32,000 nucleotides of DNA from Mycobacterium tuberculosis H37Rv (GCF_000195955.2 NC_000962.3:390001-422000); one strand, 5' to 3'; shown: positions 8,658 through 18,633, numbered from the stretch's first letter. The notes: a model not told the origin generated them from the letters alone. Translations and numbers: made by a program.

Positions 8658-9524
8658 ATGCGCGGGATCATCTTGGCCGGCGGTTCGGGCACCCGGCTGT
8701 ACCCGATCACCATGGGGATCAGCAAGCAGCTGCTGCCGGTCTACGACAAACCGATGATCTACTACCCGCTCACCACGCTGATGATGGCTGGGATCCGAGA
8801 CATTCAGTTGATCACCACCCCGCATGACGCGCCCGGCTTTCATCGACTCCTGGGCGACGGCGCGCACTTGGGAGTGAACATCAGCTACGCCACCCAGGAT
8901 CAGCCTGACGGTCTGGCGCAGGCGTTCGTCATTGGCGCCAACCACATCGGCGCCGATTCGGTGGCATTGGTGTTGGGGGACAACATCTTCTACGGCCCAG
9001 GTCTGGGGACCAGCCTGAAGCGCTTCCAATCCATCAGTGGTGGAGCAATTTTCGCCTATTGGGTAGCCAACCCGTCGGCCTATGGTGTCGTTGAGTTCGG
9101 CGCCGAGGGCATGGCGCTGTCTCTGGAGGAGAAGCCGGTGACCCCGAAGTCGAATTACGCGGTGCCGGGCCTGTATTTCTATGACAACGATGTGATCGAA
9201 ATCGCCAGGGGTTTAAAGAAATCAGCGCGCGGGGAGTACGAGATCACCGAGGTCAACCAGGTCTACCTCAATCAGGGTAGGTTGGCGGTCGAGGTGCTGG
9301 CCCGCGGGACAGCGTGGCTGGACACCGGGACATTCGACTCGCTGCTGGACGCCGCCGATTTCGTCCGGACCCTGGAGCGTCGGCAGGGCCTGAAGGTCAG
9401 CATCCCCGAAGAAGTGGCGTGGCGCATGGGCTGGATCGACGACGAGCAGCTGGTGCAGCGAGCCCGTGCTCTGGTCAAGTCCGGATATGGTAACTACCTG
9501 CTGGAGTTGTTGGAGCGCAACTGA
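8658..9524 (+). CDS. rmlA: Glucose-1-phosphate thymidylyltransferase, 288 aa
   Basis: [38 protein letters not shown]; DNIFYGPGL; [17 protein letters not shown]. Confidence 0.98.
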   Translation: MRGIILAGGSGTRLYPITMGISKQLLPVYDKPMIYYPLTTLMMAGIRDIQLITTPHDAPGFHRLLGDGAHLGVNISYATQDQPDGLAQAFVIGANHIGADSVALVLGDNIFYGPGLGTSLKRFQSISGGAIFAYWVANPSAYGVVEFGAEGMALSLEEKPVTPKSNYAVPGLYFYDNDVIEIARGLKKSARGEYEITEVNQVYLNQGRLAVEVLARGTAWLDTGTFDSLLDAADFVRTLERRQGLKVSIPEEVAWRMGWIDDEQLVQRARALVKSGYGNYLLELLERN

Positions 9525-10050
9525 TTTCGGCGGGTTATTGTCGGTGATTATGGAACCCCCTGGTAGCCCGTCCTGGATGAGCAGCCCACCGGACCAGCCA
9601 TTGCCGAACAGCCCGCCGTTGGCGCCGTTGGCGATCAGCGGGCCCCAACAGCGCCTGGGTCGGCGCATCGGCGGTGGTCTCGGCGCTGGCACACGAGCCC
9701 GCACCCACGTTCAGGTTCTGTGCAAACTGGCCATGGAACGCCGCCGCCTGATTGTTGAGGGAGTGATGCCGCCGACCGTGTGCGGAAATCAGTGCCGCGA
9801 CGGCCGCCGACACCTCGTCTTCGGCCGCCGCCAGCACGCGGGTCTTGTGGCGCTTCGGCGGGAAGTTGCTGATCCGAGATGCTGGCGGCTGGTTTCCTTG
9901 TGGTGGCCTGGGCCGGGTGGTGGCGCACAGTGGGCCCGGTGGGGTCGCGGCCGGCCGGGCAAGAACGCTGCGCCCTGGCCGGGCCATGAGCGGAGCCGGC
10001 AAGCTCGACGGCGCCCGGCATGCGCGGTGCAAGAACCCCATGGACCGCAC
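9525..10050 (-). pseudogene. PE6: Degenerate PE_PGRS-type remnant (corresponds to PE6/Rv0335c)
   Basis: [65 protein letters not shown] matches only the C-terminal half of a PE domain; the PGRS-like [22 protein letters not shown] continues in another frame. Confidence 0.82.
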
Positions 10051-10107
10051 CGAGTGCCGTGCTCGCCCTCGGCGGCTACCGAGCCGGTGTCTCCCTAGTC
10101 ATCCACG

Positions 10108-10116
10108 TTATCCACA
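10108..10116 (+). promoter_or_regulatory. Consensus DnaA-box-like 9-mer TTATCCACA
   Basis: Exact match, intergenic, upstream of the REP13E12 gene. Confidence 0.3.
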
Positions 10117-10159
10117 GCGCCTTGGGTTACCGGGCGCCGGTCGGGTAGCGATGGTAGTA

Positions 10160-10175
10160 TCGAAAGTATGTTCGA
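10160..10175 (+). promoter_or_regulatory. LexA/SOS box TCGAAAGTATGTTCGA
   Basis: Matches mycobacterial SOS consensus TCGAAC-N4-GTTCGA with one mismatch; 17 nt upstream of ATG 10192. Confidence 0.85.
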
Positions 10176-10191
10176 TCAGGTGCGGGGGCGC

Positions 10192-11703
10192 ATGCCTTCA
10201 CCGGAGGCGATCGCTCATTTTGATGAGCGGTTTGAATGCCATGCTCCGCGGACCACGAGGGTGTCGGCGGCGTTCATCGATCGGATCTGCTCGGCGACTC
10301 GGGCCGAAAACCGGGCCGCTGCGGCGCAGTTGGTGGCGTTGGGGGAGTTGTTCGCCTATCGGTGGTCGCGTTGCGGGGGCCGCGAGGAGTGGGTGATGGA
10401 CACCATGGCGGCGGTGGCCGCCGAGGTGGCGGCGGCGTTGCGGATCAGTCAGGGTCTGGCGGCCAGCCGGTTGCGGTATGCGCGGGCGATGCGTGAGCGG
10501 CTGCCTAAGACGGCTGAGGTGTTTAGCGCCGGCGACATCGGCTATCTGATGTTTGCCACGATTGTGTATCGCACCGACTTGATCGTTGACCCTGATGTTT
10601 TGGCGGCGGTGGATGCGCAGTTGGCCGCCAATGTGGCGCGTTGGCCCTCGATGACCAAGGCCCGCCTGGCTGGGCAGGTCGATAAGATCGTGGCGCGTGC
10701 CGATGCCGATGCGGTGCGGCGGCGCAAGGAGTATCAGGCCCAGCGCCAGTTCTGGGTCGGGGAAAGCCAAGACGGTGTGTGCCAGATCGGTGGCAGCCTG
10801 TTGGCCGTCGACGCACACGCCCTCGATGCGCGGTTGAGCGCGTTGGCGGGCACCGTGTGTGAGCACGATCCGCGCAGCCGTGAGCAGCGCCGCGCGGACG
10901 CGTTGGGGGCGTTGGCGGGCGGGGCCGATCGGCTGGGCTGTGGCTGTGGGCGCGCTGATTGTGCGGCCGGGAAGCGGCCTGCGGCCCCGCCGGTGGTGAT
11001 TCACCTGATCGCCGAGGCGGCCACGATCAATGGCACGGGCTCGGCGCCGGCATCGCAGATGAACGCCGACGGGCTGATCACCGCCGAACTGGTGGCCGAG
11101 CTGGCCAAGACGGCCACGCTGGTGCCGCTGGTTCATCCCGGCGATGCGCCGCCCGAGCCGGGGTATGCGCCGTCGAAAGCGCTCGCCGATTTCGTTCGCT
11201 GCCGGGATCTGACGTGTCGCTGGCCCGGCTGTGATGAGCCCGCCACCAATTGCGACCTGGATCATACGATCCCGTATGCCGCTGGTGGGCCCACCCATGC
11301 GTCGAACCTGAAATGTTACTGCCGTACCCATCACCTGGTGAAAACGTTTTGGGGATGGCGTGATCAACAGCTACCCGACGGCACCCTGATTTTGACCTCC
11401 CCGTCCGGGCATACCTATGTCAGCACCCCGGGCAGTGCGCTGCTGTTCCCCAGCTTGTGCCACTTCAGCGGCGGCATCCCGGCACCGGAAGCCGACCCAC
11501 CCTACGACCATTGCGACCAGCGCACAGCGATGATGCCCAAACGCCGGCGCACCCGCGCCCAAGACCGGGCCTATCGCATCGCCACCGAACGTCGACAAAA
11601 CCACGCCGCCCGCCAGCGCGCCCAGGTGCTCACCCAGACCGCCGCGGCCACCGACACCCACGGCCCACCACCGGATCCCAACGACGACCCACCGCCGTTT
11701 TGA
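10192..11703 (+). mobile_element. REP13E12-family repeat gene (DUF222/HNH endonuclease-type protein, Rv0336-like), 503 aa
   Basis: C-terminal HNH region CRDLTCRWPGCDEPATNCDLDHTIPYAAGGPTHASNLKCYCRTHHLVKTFWGW typical of the 13E12 family. Confidence 0.92.
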
Positions 11704-11872
11704 TGTGGAACGGCCTGTCAAGTGGCCGATTAGTGCTTGTTGCCTCGGGGTTGTTTGGGGTTTCTGGCTTTGATCCGATGACGGGACCCTGCGGCGCTCC
11801 CTCGACGCCGCCGCGCCGGCTTAAGGGCGCCCGGCCGCGCTGCCACCCCCAGGGCATCACGTGCGTCGGCTG

Positions 11873-13162
11873 CTATTGCCGGTAACTGACCAGGAAGTTA
11901 CCCAGCCGCTCGATGGCGGCCGCCAGATCGCGGGACCATGGCAGCGTCACCAGGCGCAGATGATCCGGTGCGGGCCAGTTGAACCCGGTGCCCTGGGTGA
12001 CCAGGATCTTCTCCGACAGCAGCAGATCGAGCACGAGTTGCTCGTCGTCGTCGATGTCGTAGACCTCGGGGTCTAGCCGGGGAAACGCATACAGCGCGCC
12101 CGCCGGTTTGACGCACGACACCCCCGGGATCTCGTTGAGCTTGGTCCAGGCGATGTCGCGCTGCTCGAGCAGCCGGCCGCCGGGCAGCACCAGGTCCTCG
12201 ATGCTCTGATGGCCGCCCAGTGCAACCTGAATGGCATGCTGGGCCGGGACATTTGGGCACAACCGCATATTGGCCAGCAGGCCGATGCCCTCGATGAAGC
12301 TGCTGGCGTGCTCCTTGGGTCCGGTGATCGCCAGCCAGCCGGCCCGGTATCCGGCGACGCGGTAGGCCTTCGACAGCCCATTGAAGGTCAGGCACAACAT
12401 ATCCGGGGCGATCGATGCCAGGCTGATGTGCTTGGCGTCGTCGTAGAGGATTTTGTCGTAGATTTCGTCCGCCAACAGCAGCAGTTGATGCTTGCGGGCC
12501 AGATCGACCATCTGGGTGAGGATTTCGCAGCTGTACACCGCGCCGGTTGGGTTGTTGGGGTTGATCACGACCAGCGCCTTGGTGCGCTCGGTGATCTTGG
12601 ATTCCAGGTCGGCGATATCGGGCTGCCAGCCTTGGGTCTCATCGCACAGGTAGTGGACCGGAGTGCCGCCAGCCAGCGAGGTCGACGCCGTCCACAGCGG
12701 GTAGTCCGGTGATGGAATCAGCACCTGATCGCCGTTGTCCAGCAGGGCTTGCAGCGTCATCGTGATCAGCTCGGAGACCCCGTTACCCAGGTAGACGTCG
12801 TCCACGTCGAATCGGGGAAATCCGGGCACCAGCTCGTAGCGCGTGACCACCGCACGCCGGGCCGACAGGATGCCCTGCGAGTCGGAGTACCCCTGCGCGT
12901 AGGGCAGCGCCTGGATGATATCGCGCATGATCACGTCGGGTGCTTCGAAGCCGAACGGCGCCGGGTTGCCGATGTTGAGTTTGAGGATGCGGTGACCTTC
13001 GGCTTCGAGCCGCGCGGCGTGCTGGTGCACCGGGCCGCGGATCTCGTACAGGACGTCCTGCAGCTTGGCCGACTGAGCGAAGGCGCGCTGCCGCTGATGG
13101 CTGGCGGTGTGCCAGGGCAGCTGGTGGGTTGTCACGTCCACAATGGTGCCATCGTTGTCCAC
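11873..13162 (-). CDS. aspC: PLP-dependent aminotransferase (AspC/AlaT-like), 429 aa
   Basis: KTKALVVINPNNPTGAVYSCEIL, LTFNGLSKAYRVAGYRAGW (PLP lysine region). Confidence 0.95.
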   Translation of the reverse strand: MDNDGTIVDVTTHQLPWHTASHQRQRAFAQSAKLQDVLYEIRGPVHQHAARLEAEGHRILKLNIGNPAPFGFEAPDVIMRDIIQALPYAQGYSDSQGILSARRAVVTRYELVPGFPRFDVDDVYLGNGVSELITMTLQALLDNGDQVLIPSPDYPLWTASTSLAGGTPVHYLCDETQGWQPDIADLESKITERTKALVVINPNNPTGAVYSCEILTQMVDLARKHQLLLLADEIYDKILYDDAKHISLASIAPDMLCLTFNGLSKAYRVAGYRAGWLAITGPKEHASSFIEGIGLLANMRLCPNVPAQHAIQVALGGHQSIEDLVLPGGRLLEQRDIAWTKLNEIPGVSCVKPAGALYAFPRLDPEVYDIDDDEQLVLDLLLSEKILVTQGTGFNWPAPDHLRLVTLPWSRDLAAAIERLGNFLVSYRQ

Positions 13163-13192
13163 TGGAATTTGCTGTCAGGTGCCAAATCGTGA

Positions 13193-13540
13193 TCAGCGTT
13201 TGCCCGGTGGACGGGCCCCGCGCGCAATGCCCAGCCCTTTCACCGGCGCGGCCGGTGCAGCCGGATCACCGTCGGTTTGCGGCTTTGGCGGTGCGGCGGG
13301 CTCCGGTTGCGGCTTTGCTTCGGGTTGCGGCTGGGCTGCTGGCTCGGCGAGCCCAGGAGCCGGGGGAGGTGTCTTTTTCGCCCCGGGCCGCTTGGCGCCG
13401 GCGGCAATACCCAGCCCTTTAACGGGCGCGGCGGGCGCAGCCGGGGCCGCGGGCGTTGGGGCCGCTTTCTTGGCGCCAGGCCGCTTGGCGCCGGCGGCCA
13501 TGCCGAGGCCTTTCACGGGTGCTGCGGGAGCGGCCGGCGC
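13193..13540 (-). repeat. Three imperfect coding repeats encoding PAAPxAPVKGLGxAxGAKRPGxKK
   Basis: Protein tail: APAAPAAPVKGLGMAAGAKRPGAKK / APAAPAAPVKGLGIAAGAKRPGAKK / DPAAPAAPVKGLGIARGARPPGKR. Confidence 0.9.
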
Positions 13541-15841
13541 TGGCGCCTGTGGTGCCTCGGCGGGTGCCTCCACGGGCGTCACCGGTGCGGCAGCCTTAGG
13601 AGCGGCTTTCGGGGCGCGCTCCTGAGCCTGTTTGGCGGCCGTACCCTTGGCCGGCAGCTGCGCCTTGTCGTGGTCTAGTGATCCGAGTAGCACCTGGGCC
13701 ACGTCGAGCACCTCGACGCCGCTGCGGCCGGCTTCTTCCTGCCGATCGTTCACACCGTCGGTGACCATCACCCGGCAGAATGGGCACGCGGTGGCGATTG
13801 CGGTGGCATCGGTGGCCAGCGCCTCATCGACGCGTTCATGGTTGATCCGCTTGCCGATGTGTTCTTCCATCCACATGCGGGCGCCGCCTGCGCCGCAACA
13901 AAAGCTGCGGTCGGCATGGCGCGGCATCTCGGTCAGGCTGGCCCCCGCGGCACCGATCAGCTCCCGTGGTGCCTCGTAGGCCTTGTTGTGCCGACCCAGG
14001 TAGCACGGGTCGTGGTAGGTGATGTCCTGAGAAACCGGAGTGACAGGGACCAGCCTCTTGTCGCGCACCAACCGATTGAGCAGCTGGGTGTGGTGCAGCA
14101 CGGTGTAGTTGGCGCCCAGCTGCCGATATTCCTTGCCGATGGTGTTGAAGCAGTGCGGGCAGGTGACAACGATCTTGCGGTCGACGGTCTCCACACCCTC
14201 GAACAAACCGTCCAGGGTCTCGACGGCCTGTTGTGCCAGCTGCTGGAAGAGGAACTCGTTGCCGGAGCGGCGCGCCGAGTCGCCGTTGCAGGTTTCCCCA
14301 GCGCCCAGCACCAAGTATTTCACCCTGGCGACGGCGAGCAGCTCGGCGACGGCCTTGGTGGTCTTCTTGGCCTTGTCGTCGTAGGCGCCCGCACAACCCA
14401 CCCAGAACAGGTACTCGTAGCCGTCGAAGCTGTCGACGTCCTGGCCGTACACGGGGACGTCGAAGTCAACCTCGTCGATCCAGTTGGTGCGATCTGAGGC
14501 GTTCTGACCCCACGGGTTGCCCTTGGTCTCCAGGTTCTTGAACAGCACCGACAGCTCGGAGGGGAACTCCGACTCCATCATCACCTGGTAGCGGCGCATA
14601 TCGACGATGTGATCGACATGTTCGATATCCACCGGGCACTGCTCGACGCAGGCACCACAGGTCACACATGACCACAAGACGTCGGGATCGATAACGCCAC
14701 CCTGTTCCTCGGTGCCGACCAGCGGGCGAGTCGCCTGCTCCGGTCCATGCCCGGGCACTCGACCGAACCCCGATTCCGGCACGTGATGATGCTCTTGGTG
14801 ACCGGCCTCGCCGCCCGCGCTGGCATCCTTTTGGCCCAGGATGTAGGGCGCCTTGGCCATCCAATGGTCGCGCAGGTCCATGATGACCAGCTTGGGCGAC
14901 AACGGTTTGCCGGTGTTCCAGGCCGGGCATTGCGACTGACAGCGTCCGCACTCGGTGCAGGTAGCGAAGTCGAGCATCCCCTTCCAGGTGAAGTCTTCGA
15001 TCTTGCCGCGGCCGAATACGGCATCCTCGCTGGGATTCTCGAAGTCGATTGGTTTGCCATCGGCTTCGAGCGGCAACAGCGGGCCCAGCCCATCCGGCAG
15101 CCGTTTGAACGTGACGTTAATGGGCGCCAGGAAGATGTGCAGGTGCTTGGAATGCAAAACGAGGATCAGGAACGCAAGCATGACCCCGATGTGCAGCAAC
15201 AGCGCTGTGGTTTCGATGATTTCGTTGGCGGGCTGCCCGAGGGGGCGAAGAATCGCGCCGAATAGCTGCGATAGGAAGGCCCCGTTGCCGTAGGGCAGGG
15301 TGCCGTTGTTGACCGCTGAGCCGCGGACCAACACGTAGGTCCAGATGACGTTGAAGATCATCAACAGGACGAGCCACGCGCCGCCGTTGTGCGATCCGTA
15401 GAACCGGGAGCTCCGACCGATCTCGCGGGGGTTGCGCAGGATACGGATGATGGCGAAGGTCGTGATACCGAGAAAGACGGCGGTGGCAAAGAAGTCCTGC
15501 AGGAAGCCCAACGCGTCCCACCGGCCGATGACCGGGATGTGGAATCTCTCCTCGAACAGCAGGCCGTAAGCCTCGATATAGACGGTGAGCAGGATGAAGA
15601 AGCCCCACATGGTGAAAAAGTGCGCCAGGCCCGGGATCGACCATTTCAACAGTCGGCGCTGCCCTAGAACCTCGGAGATCTGGGTCCAGATGCGGGTGCC
15701 GAGGTTGTCGGTTCGCCCGCTGGCCGGCTGCCCGGACATGACCAGCTTGTAAAGCCACCAGACTCGCCGCAGAGCGAACACCCCCACCACCGCGGTCATG
15801 CTCATGCCCAGTATCAGCCTGATGAGCGTTTGCGTGGTCAC
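13193..15841 (-). CDS. Membrane iron-sulfur heterodisulfide-reductase-like oxidoreductase (Rv0338c-like), 882 aa
   Basis: N-terminal transmembrane helices, two 4Fe-4S motifs (CTECGRCQSQCP, CVTCGACVEQCP), CCG-domain motifs (CCGAGGARMW); Ala/Pro/Lys-rich C-terminal tail. Confidence 0.93.
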   Translation of the reverse strand: MTTQTLIRLILGMSMTAVVGVFALRRVWWLYKLVMSGQPASGRTDNLGTRIWTQISEVLGQRRLLKWSIPGLAHFFTMWGFFILLTVYIEAYGLLFEERFHIPVIGRWDALGFLQDFFATAVFLGITTFAIIRILRNPREIGRSSRFYGSHNGGAWLVLLMIFNVIWTYVLVRGSAVNNGTLPYGNGAFLSQLFGAILRPLGQPANEIIETTALLLHIGVMLAFLILVLHSKHLHIFLAPINVTFKRLPDGLGPLLPLEADGKPIDFENPSEDAVFGRGKIEDFTWKGMLDFATCTECGRCQSQCPAWNTGKPLSPKLVIMDLRDHWMAKAPYILGQKDASAGGEAGHQEHHHVPESGFGRVPGHGPEQATRPLVGTEEQGGVIDPDVLWSCVTCGACVEQCPVDIEHVDHIVDMRRYQVMMESEFPSELSVLFKNLETKGNPWGQNASDRTNWIDEVDFDVPVYGQDVDSFDGYEYLFWVGCAGAYDDKAKKTTKAVAELLAVARVKYLVLGAGETCNGDSARRSGNEFLFQQLAQQAVETLDGLFEGVETVDRKIVVTCPHCFNTIGKEYRQLGANYTVLHHTQLLNRLVRDKRLVPVTPVSQDITYHDPCYLGRHNKAYEAPRELIGAAGASLTEMPRHADRSFCCGAGGARMWMEEHIGKRINHERVDEALATDATAIATACPFCRVMVTDGVNDRQEEAGRSGVEVLDVAQVLLGSLDHDKAQLPAKGTAAKQAQERAPKAAPKAAAPVTPVEAPAEAPQAPAPAAPAAPVKGLGMAAGAKRPGAKKAAPTPAAPAAPAAPVKGLGIAAGAKRPGAKKTPPPAPGLAEPAAQPQPEAKPQPEPAAPPKPQTDGDPAAPAAPVKGLGIARGARPPGKR

Positions 15842-15949
15842 GGAAGGTCACCCCAATTCGTAGCACTCAATGGAACCCCTGCATAACCTGCTCATCCTGA
15901 CATCTGTGCGACTTTCGCCGCGAGAAAGGCTGTCCTAACCTACCGGTCG

Positions 15950-18448
15950 TCAACGCCTCTCATCTGCGGTTAAGCTCTCCGGGGCCAGCATGGCCCGCAG
16001 CATCGACAACATCTCCGACCGGGAGCCAGCGCCCAGCCGCTGGCGTATCCGGGCGACGTGGTGCTCGACCGTCTTCGCTGAGATGAACAGCCGGGCGCCA
16101 ATGTCGCGATAGGGCATGCCCAGTAGCAGTAGCTCGGCGACTTCGCGTTCGCGATCGGATAGCGGCGAGCCCGCCGGTGGCTGGCGCGGTGCCGGCGGGG
16201 TACCGGAAGCTGGTTCCGTGTCGCCGGCCCCGCTGGGGGGCTCGCCGAAATCGTTGCCCAGCTTAAGATCCCGTGCCAACTGCAGCATGGCACCGGACAC
16301 CCGTGCGTCGGATGTTTGCAATGCGGCCTGACCTGCCAGTCGGGTCGCATCCGACGTCAGGCCGACGTGTGACAGGGACCGCGCCGCCGCGGTGACCTCG
16401 TCGGCGTCGACGTTTTCGGCCAGGACCCGCAGCCAGGTGCGACCGGCATCCGACAGGGCCTGCGCGAGCGTGCTGTGGGCGACCATTGCACCGAGGGCCT
16501 GTCCGTGCGGTGCCACCGATTCCGGCGAATTGGCGAGGATTCCAGCGTGCACTCCAGCCCAATGCAGTGAGTTCGACCACAGGGCGGGGTTGCCCAGCGA
16601 ATCCAGCAGCGTGAGCGCCTGATCCAGGGTGTGTTGTAGCTGGTCAACCTGGCGCATTCGGGCGGCCGCGACCCACAGTTCACCAAGTGGCAGCAGGGCG
16701 AACAGATCGAGCGAATACTCGGCCAGCGCTTCCATCGCCGCATACCAATGCTGTTGCAGCGCACCGATATCGCCGGTGCGACGCGAGATCGCGGTTTGCA
16801 GTGCCGCGGCCCACAACGCGTCGCGCCGGTGCAGGTGCGTGCCGGCGCTGGCCGCCGCGACGTCCGCGCTTGCCGACGGCAATTGCCCCTCTTGCATTTT
16901 GATCCAGCCGGAAAGCAGCAGGTGCCGACGCTGGAACAGCGGGTCGGCGCCGGCTCGCACGGCACGCCCGATCACACTGCGGGCGCGGACCGGATCGCCG
17001 GCGTGTATCGCGGCCAAGGTAACCAGCGCTGCCGGGCTGTCCGGAATGACTTGGCTGAGCGATTGTTCGGTGGCAATGGCTTGGCCCAGTTTTGCCATCG
17101 CGACCGGATACGGCTGATCCATGGTCAGCAGCAGCCCCTCGGCGAGGTTGCGCGCGCAACGCGCTGCCATCGTCGGTGGACCGGCATCCTTGAGTCGCAG
17201 GGTGGCACGCGCCGTCGCCAGGTCGCCGTTCGCGGCGAACACGATCGTGGCGGCCGAGCTCACCATCGTGTCCGGGTGTGGGCCCAGCCAGCCGAACAAC
17301 TCGGCTGCGTGTCCCGTGTTGCCGTCGTGGACCGCGACGCTGGCCGCAACCCGCACCGCGGCAGCGCGTTCGGTGGCATCCGGGGAGCTGAGCAGATCGT
17401 CGGCTAGTGTTGCCGCGGCCGTACAGTCGCCGGTGCGGGCCAGTGCGTCGGCCAGGCGGACCGTCAATCCTTTGGCGCCGGCATGGACCGCGGCGCGGTA
17501 CAGCCGTGCGCAACGGACCGAAGCGTCGCGGGTGTCCGCGGCGTACCGCGTGAGGATGTCCGCCAGCCGCTCGTCGCGCAGCCCGTGTTCGGCCAGTCGC
17601 AGCGCTAGCTCCGCCGACACCGGCGAGATATCGAGTTGTGAGCGTAACAGCGAGGTTTCGACCTCGTGGTGGTGTGCATTGCCGACGATCTGAGCGATCG
17701 CATCATGGACTGACTGCAGAAACGCCGCGGTGTGTGACGACTCGATCAGTCCGCTGGCGTGCGCACGATCGACCAATCCGCGGGCATCCGTTACCGAAAT
17801 CCCAAGTGCAGCAGCTACATCGCTGACCCCTAGCTCGTGGGTTAGCGACATCATGAGCAGGGTGTCCAGAGTGGGTTCGTCGAGGCGGCGCAGCCGCTCG
17901 ATGAGGGCCACCTTGGCCGCTTGCGCGGGAGCCTGTGCCCTGGCGGAAACCGCATGAATGAGGAACGGCAGTCCCGCGGTGCAATCTCGCAGGTGCTCGG
18001 CAACCGGAAGTGGACCGAGCGAGATTCGTGGCCGGTCCCGTTCGAGCGCCATCGTCAGGGCTCGTAGTGCCCGGTGGTGCTCGCGGGCTTCCGCGGCCGC
18101 CACCACCGTCAGCCGTGAATCGGCCACGCGCTCGGTGAGCCGGAGCAATTCGGTATCGGTGAGCAACTGGGCGTCGTCGATGACGAGCGCGGTCTCCGGC
18201 GGTTCGCCGTCTGGCGGCGGGCATGCCAGCACGGTGAGTCCCGAGCGGCGCAGTGTGTCGCGGGCGGCAGCCAGAACGGTGGTCTTGCCCGTTCCGATGC
18301 CCCCGGTGATCAGGACCTTGACCGGTACCGTCGGGGCATTCGCGAGTTCCAGGAGGGCACGGCGTGCTGCCGGCGGGACCTCGGTGAGGGAATCGGTCAC
18401 CGATGCGTCGTATGCTTGGCCACGGTTCTTGCACCCCCTGTGCTGCAC
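15950..18448 (-). CDS. iniR: STAND-type ATPase/LuxR-HTH regulator (Rv0339c; IniR-like), 832 aa
   Basis: Walker A LITGGIGTGKTTVL, Walker B ALVIDDAQLL, long alpha-helical repeat middle, C-terminal LuxR HTH LSDREREVAELLLLGMPYRDIGARLFISAKTVEHHVARIRQRLG. Confidence 0.88.
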   Translation of the reverse strand: MQHRGCKNRGQAYDASVTDSLTEVPPAARRALLELANAPTVPVKVLITGGIGTGKTTVLAAARDTLRRSGLTVLACPPPDGEPPETALVIDDAQLLTDTELLRLTERVADSRLTVVAAAEAREHHRALRALTMALERDRPRISLGPLPVAEHLRDCTAGLPFLIHAVSARAQAPAQAAKVALIERLRRLDEPTLDTLLMMSLTHELGVSDVAAALGISVTDARGLVDRAHASGLIESSHTAAFLQSVHDAIAQIVGNAHHHEVETSLLRSQLDISPVSAELALRLAEHGLRDERLADILTRYAADTRDASVRCARLYRAAVHAGAKGLTVRLADALARTGDCTAAATLADDLLSSPDATERAAAVRVAASVAVHDGNTGHAAELFGWLGPHPDTMVSSAATIVFAANGDLATARATLRLKDAGPPTMAARCARNLAEGLLLTMDQPYPVAMAKLGQAIATEQSLSQVIPDSPAALVTLAAIHAGDPVRARSVIGRAVRAGADPLFQRRHLLLSGWIKMQEGQLPSASADVAAASAGTHLHRRDALWAAALQTAISRRTGDIGALQQHWYAAMEALAEYSLDLFALLPLGELWVAAARMRQVDQLQHTLDQALTLLDSLGNPALWSNSLHWAGVHAGILANSPESVAPHGQALGAMVAHSTLAQALSDAGRTWLRVLAENVDADEVTAAARSLSHVGLTSDATRLAGQAALQTSDARVSGAMLQLARDLKLGNDFGEPPSGAGDTEPASGTPPAPRQPPAGSPLSDREREVAELLLLGMPYRDIGARLFISAKTVEHHVARIRQRLGAGSRSEMLSMLRAMLAPESLTADERR

Positions 18449-18504
18449 GGCTGGTCGGCGGCGGCTCCCTCACCATAGCCCCAGCCCGTCCCGCAGCCCC
18501 GCAT

Positions 18505-18531
18505 TTCCCCTAATGCGGCCATCCCCTAACG
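18505..18531 (+). promoter_or_regulatory. Direct repeats TTCCCCTAAT...TCCCCTAACG upstream of Rv0340
   Basis: CCCCTAA at 18507 and 18523 (16-nt period); same motif pair occurs upstream of iniB. Confidence 0.6.
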
Positions 18532-18633
18532 GCGCCCCGGGGCCGGCGGGTTCCGCACCGAACACGGACGCGGCCTCAACCGATAGCATCGTGCTAACAC
18601 GGGACTAACGGGGGTGGGGCAAGGAGGCGGGTA

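Noticed and set aside
10198-11367. 389-aa minus-strand ORF opposite the REP13E12 gene
   Set aside because: Shadow ORF caused by high GC3; the plus-strand frame carries the HNH domain and the antisense product has low-complexity Arg/Pro composition.
18584-18596. Small inverted repeat TAGCA-TCG-TGCTA upstream of Rv0340
   Set aside because: Only 5-bp arms and no matching site at iniB; insufficient to call a separate regulatory element.
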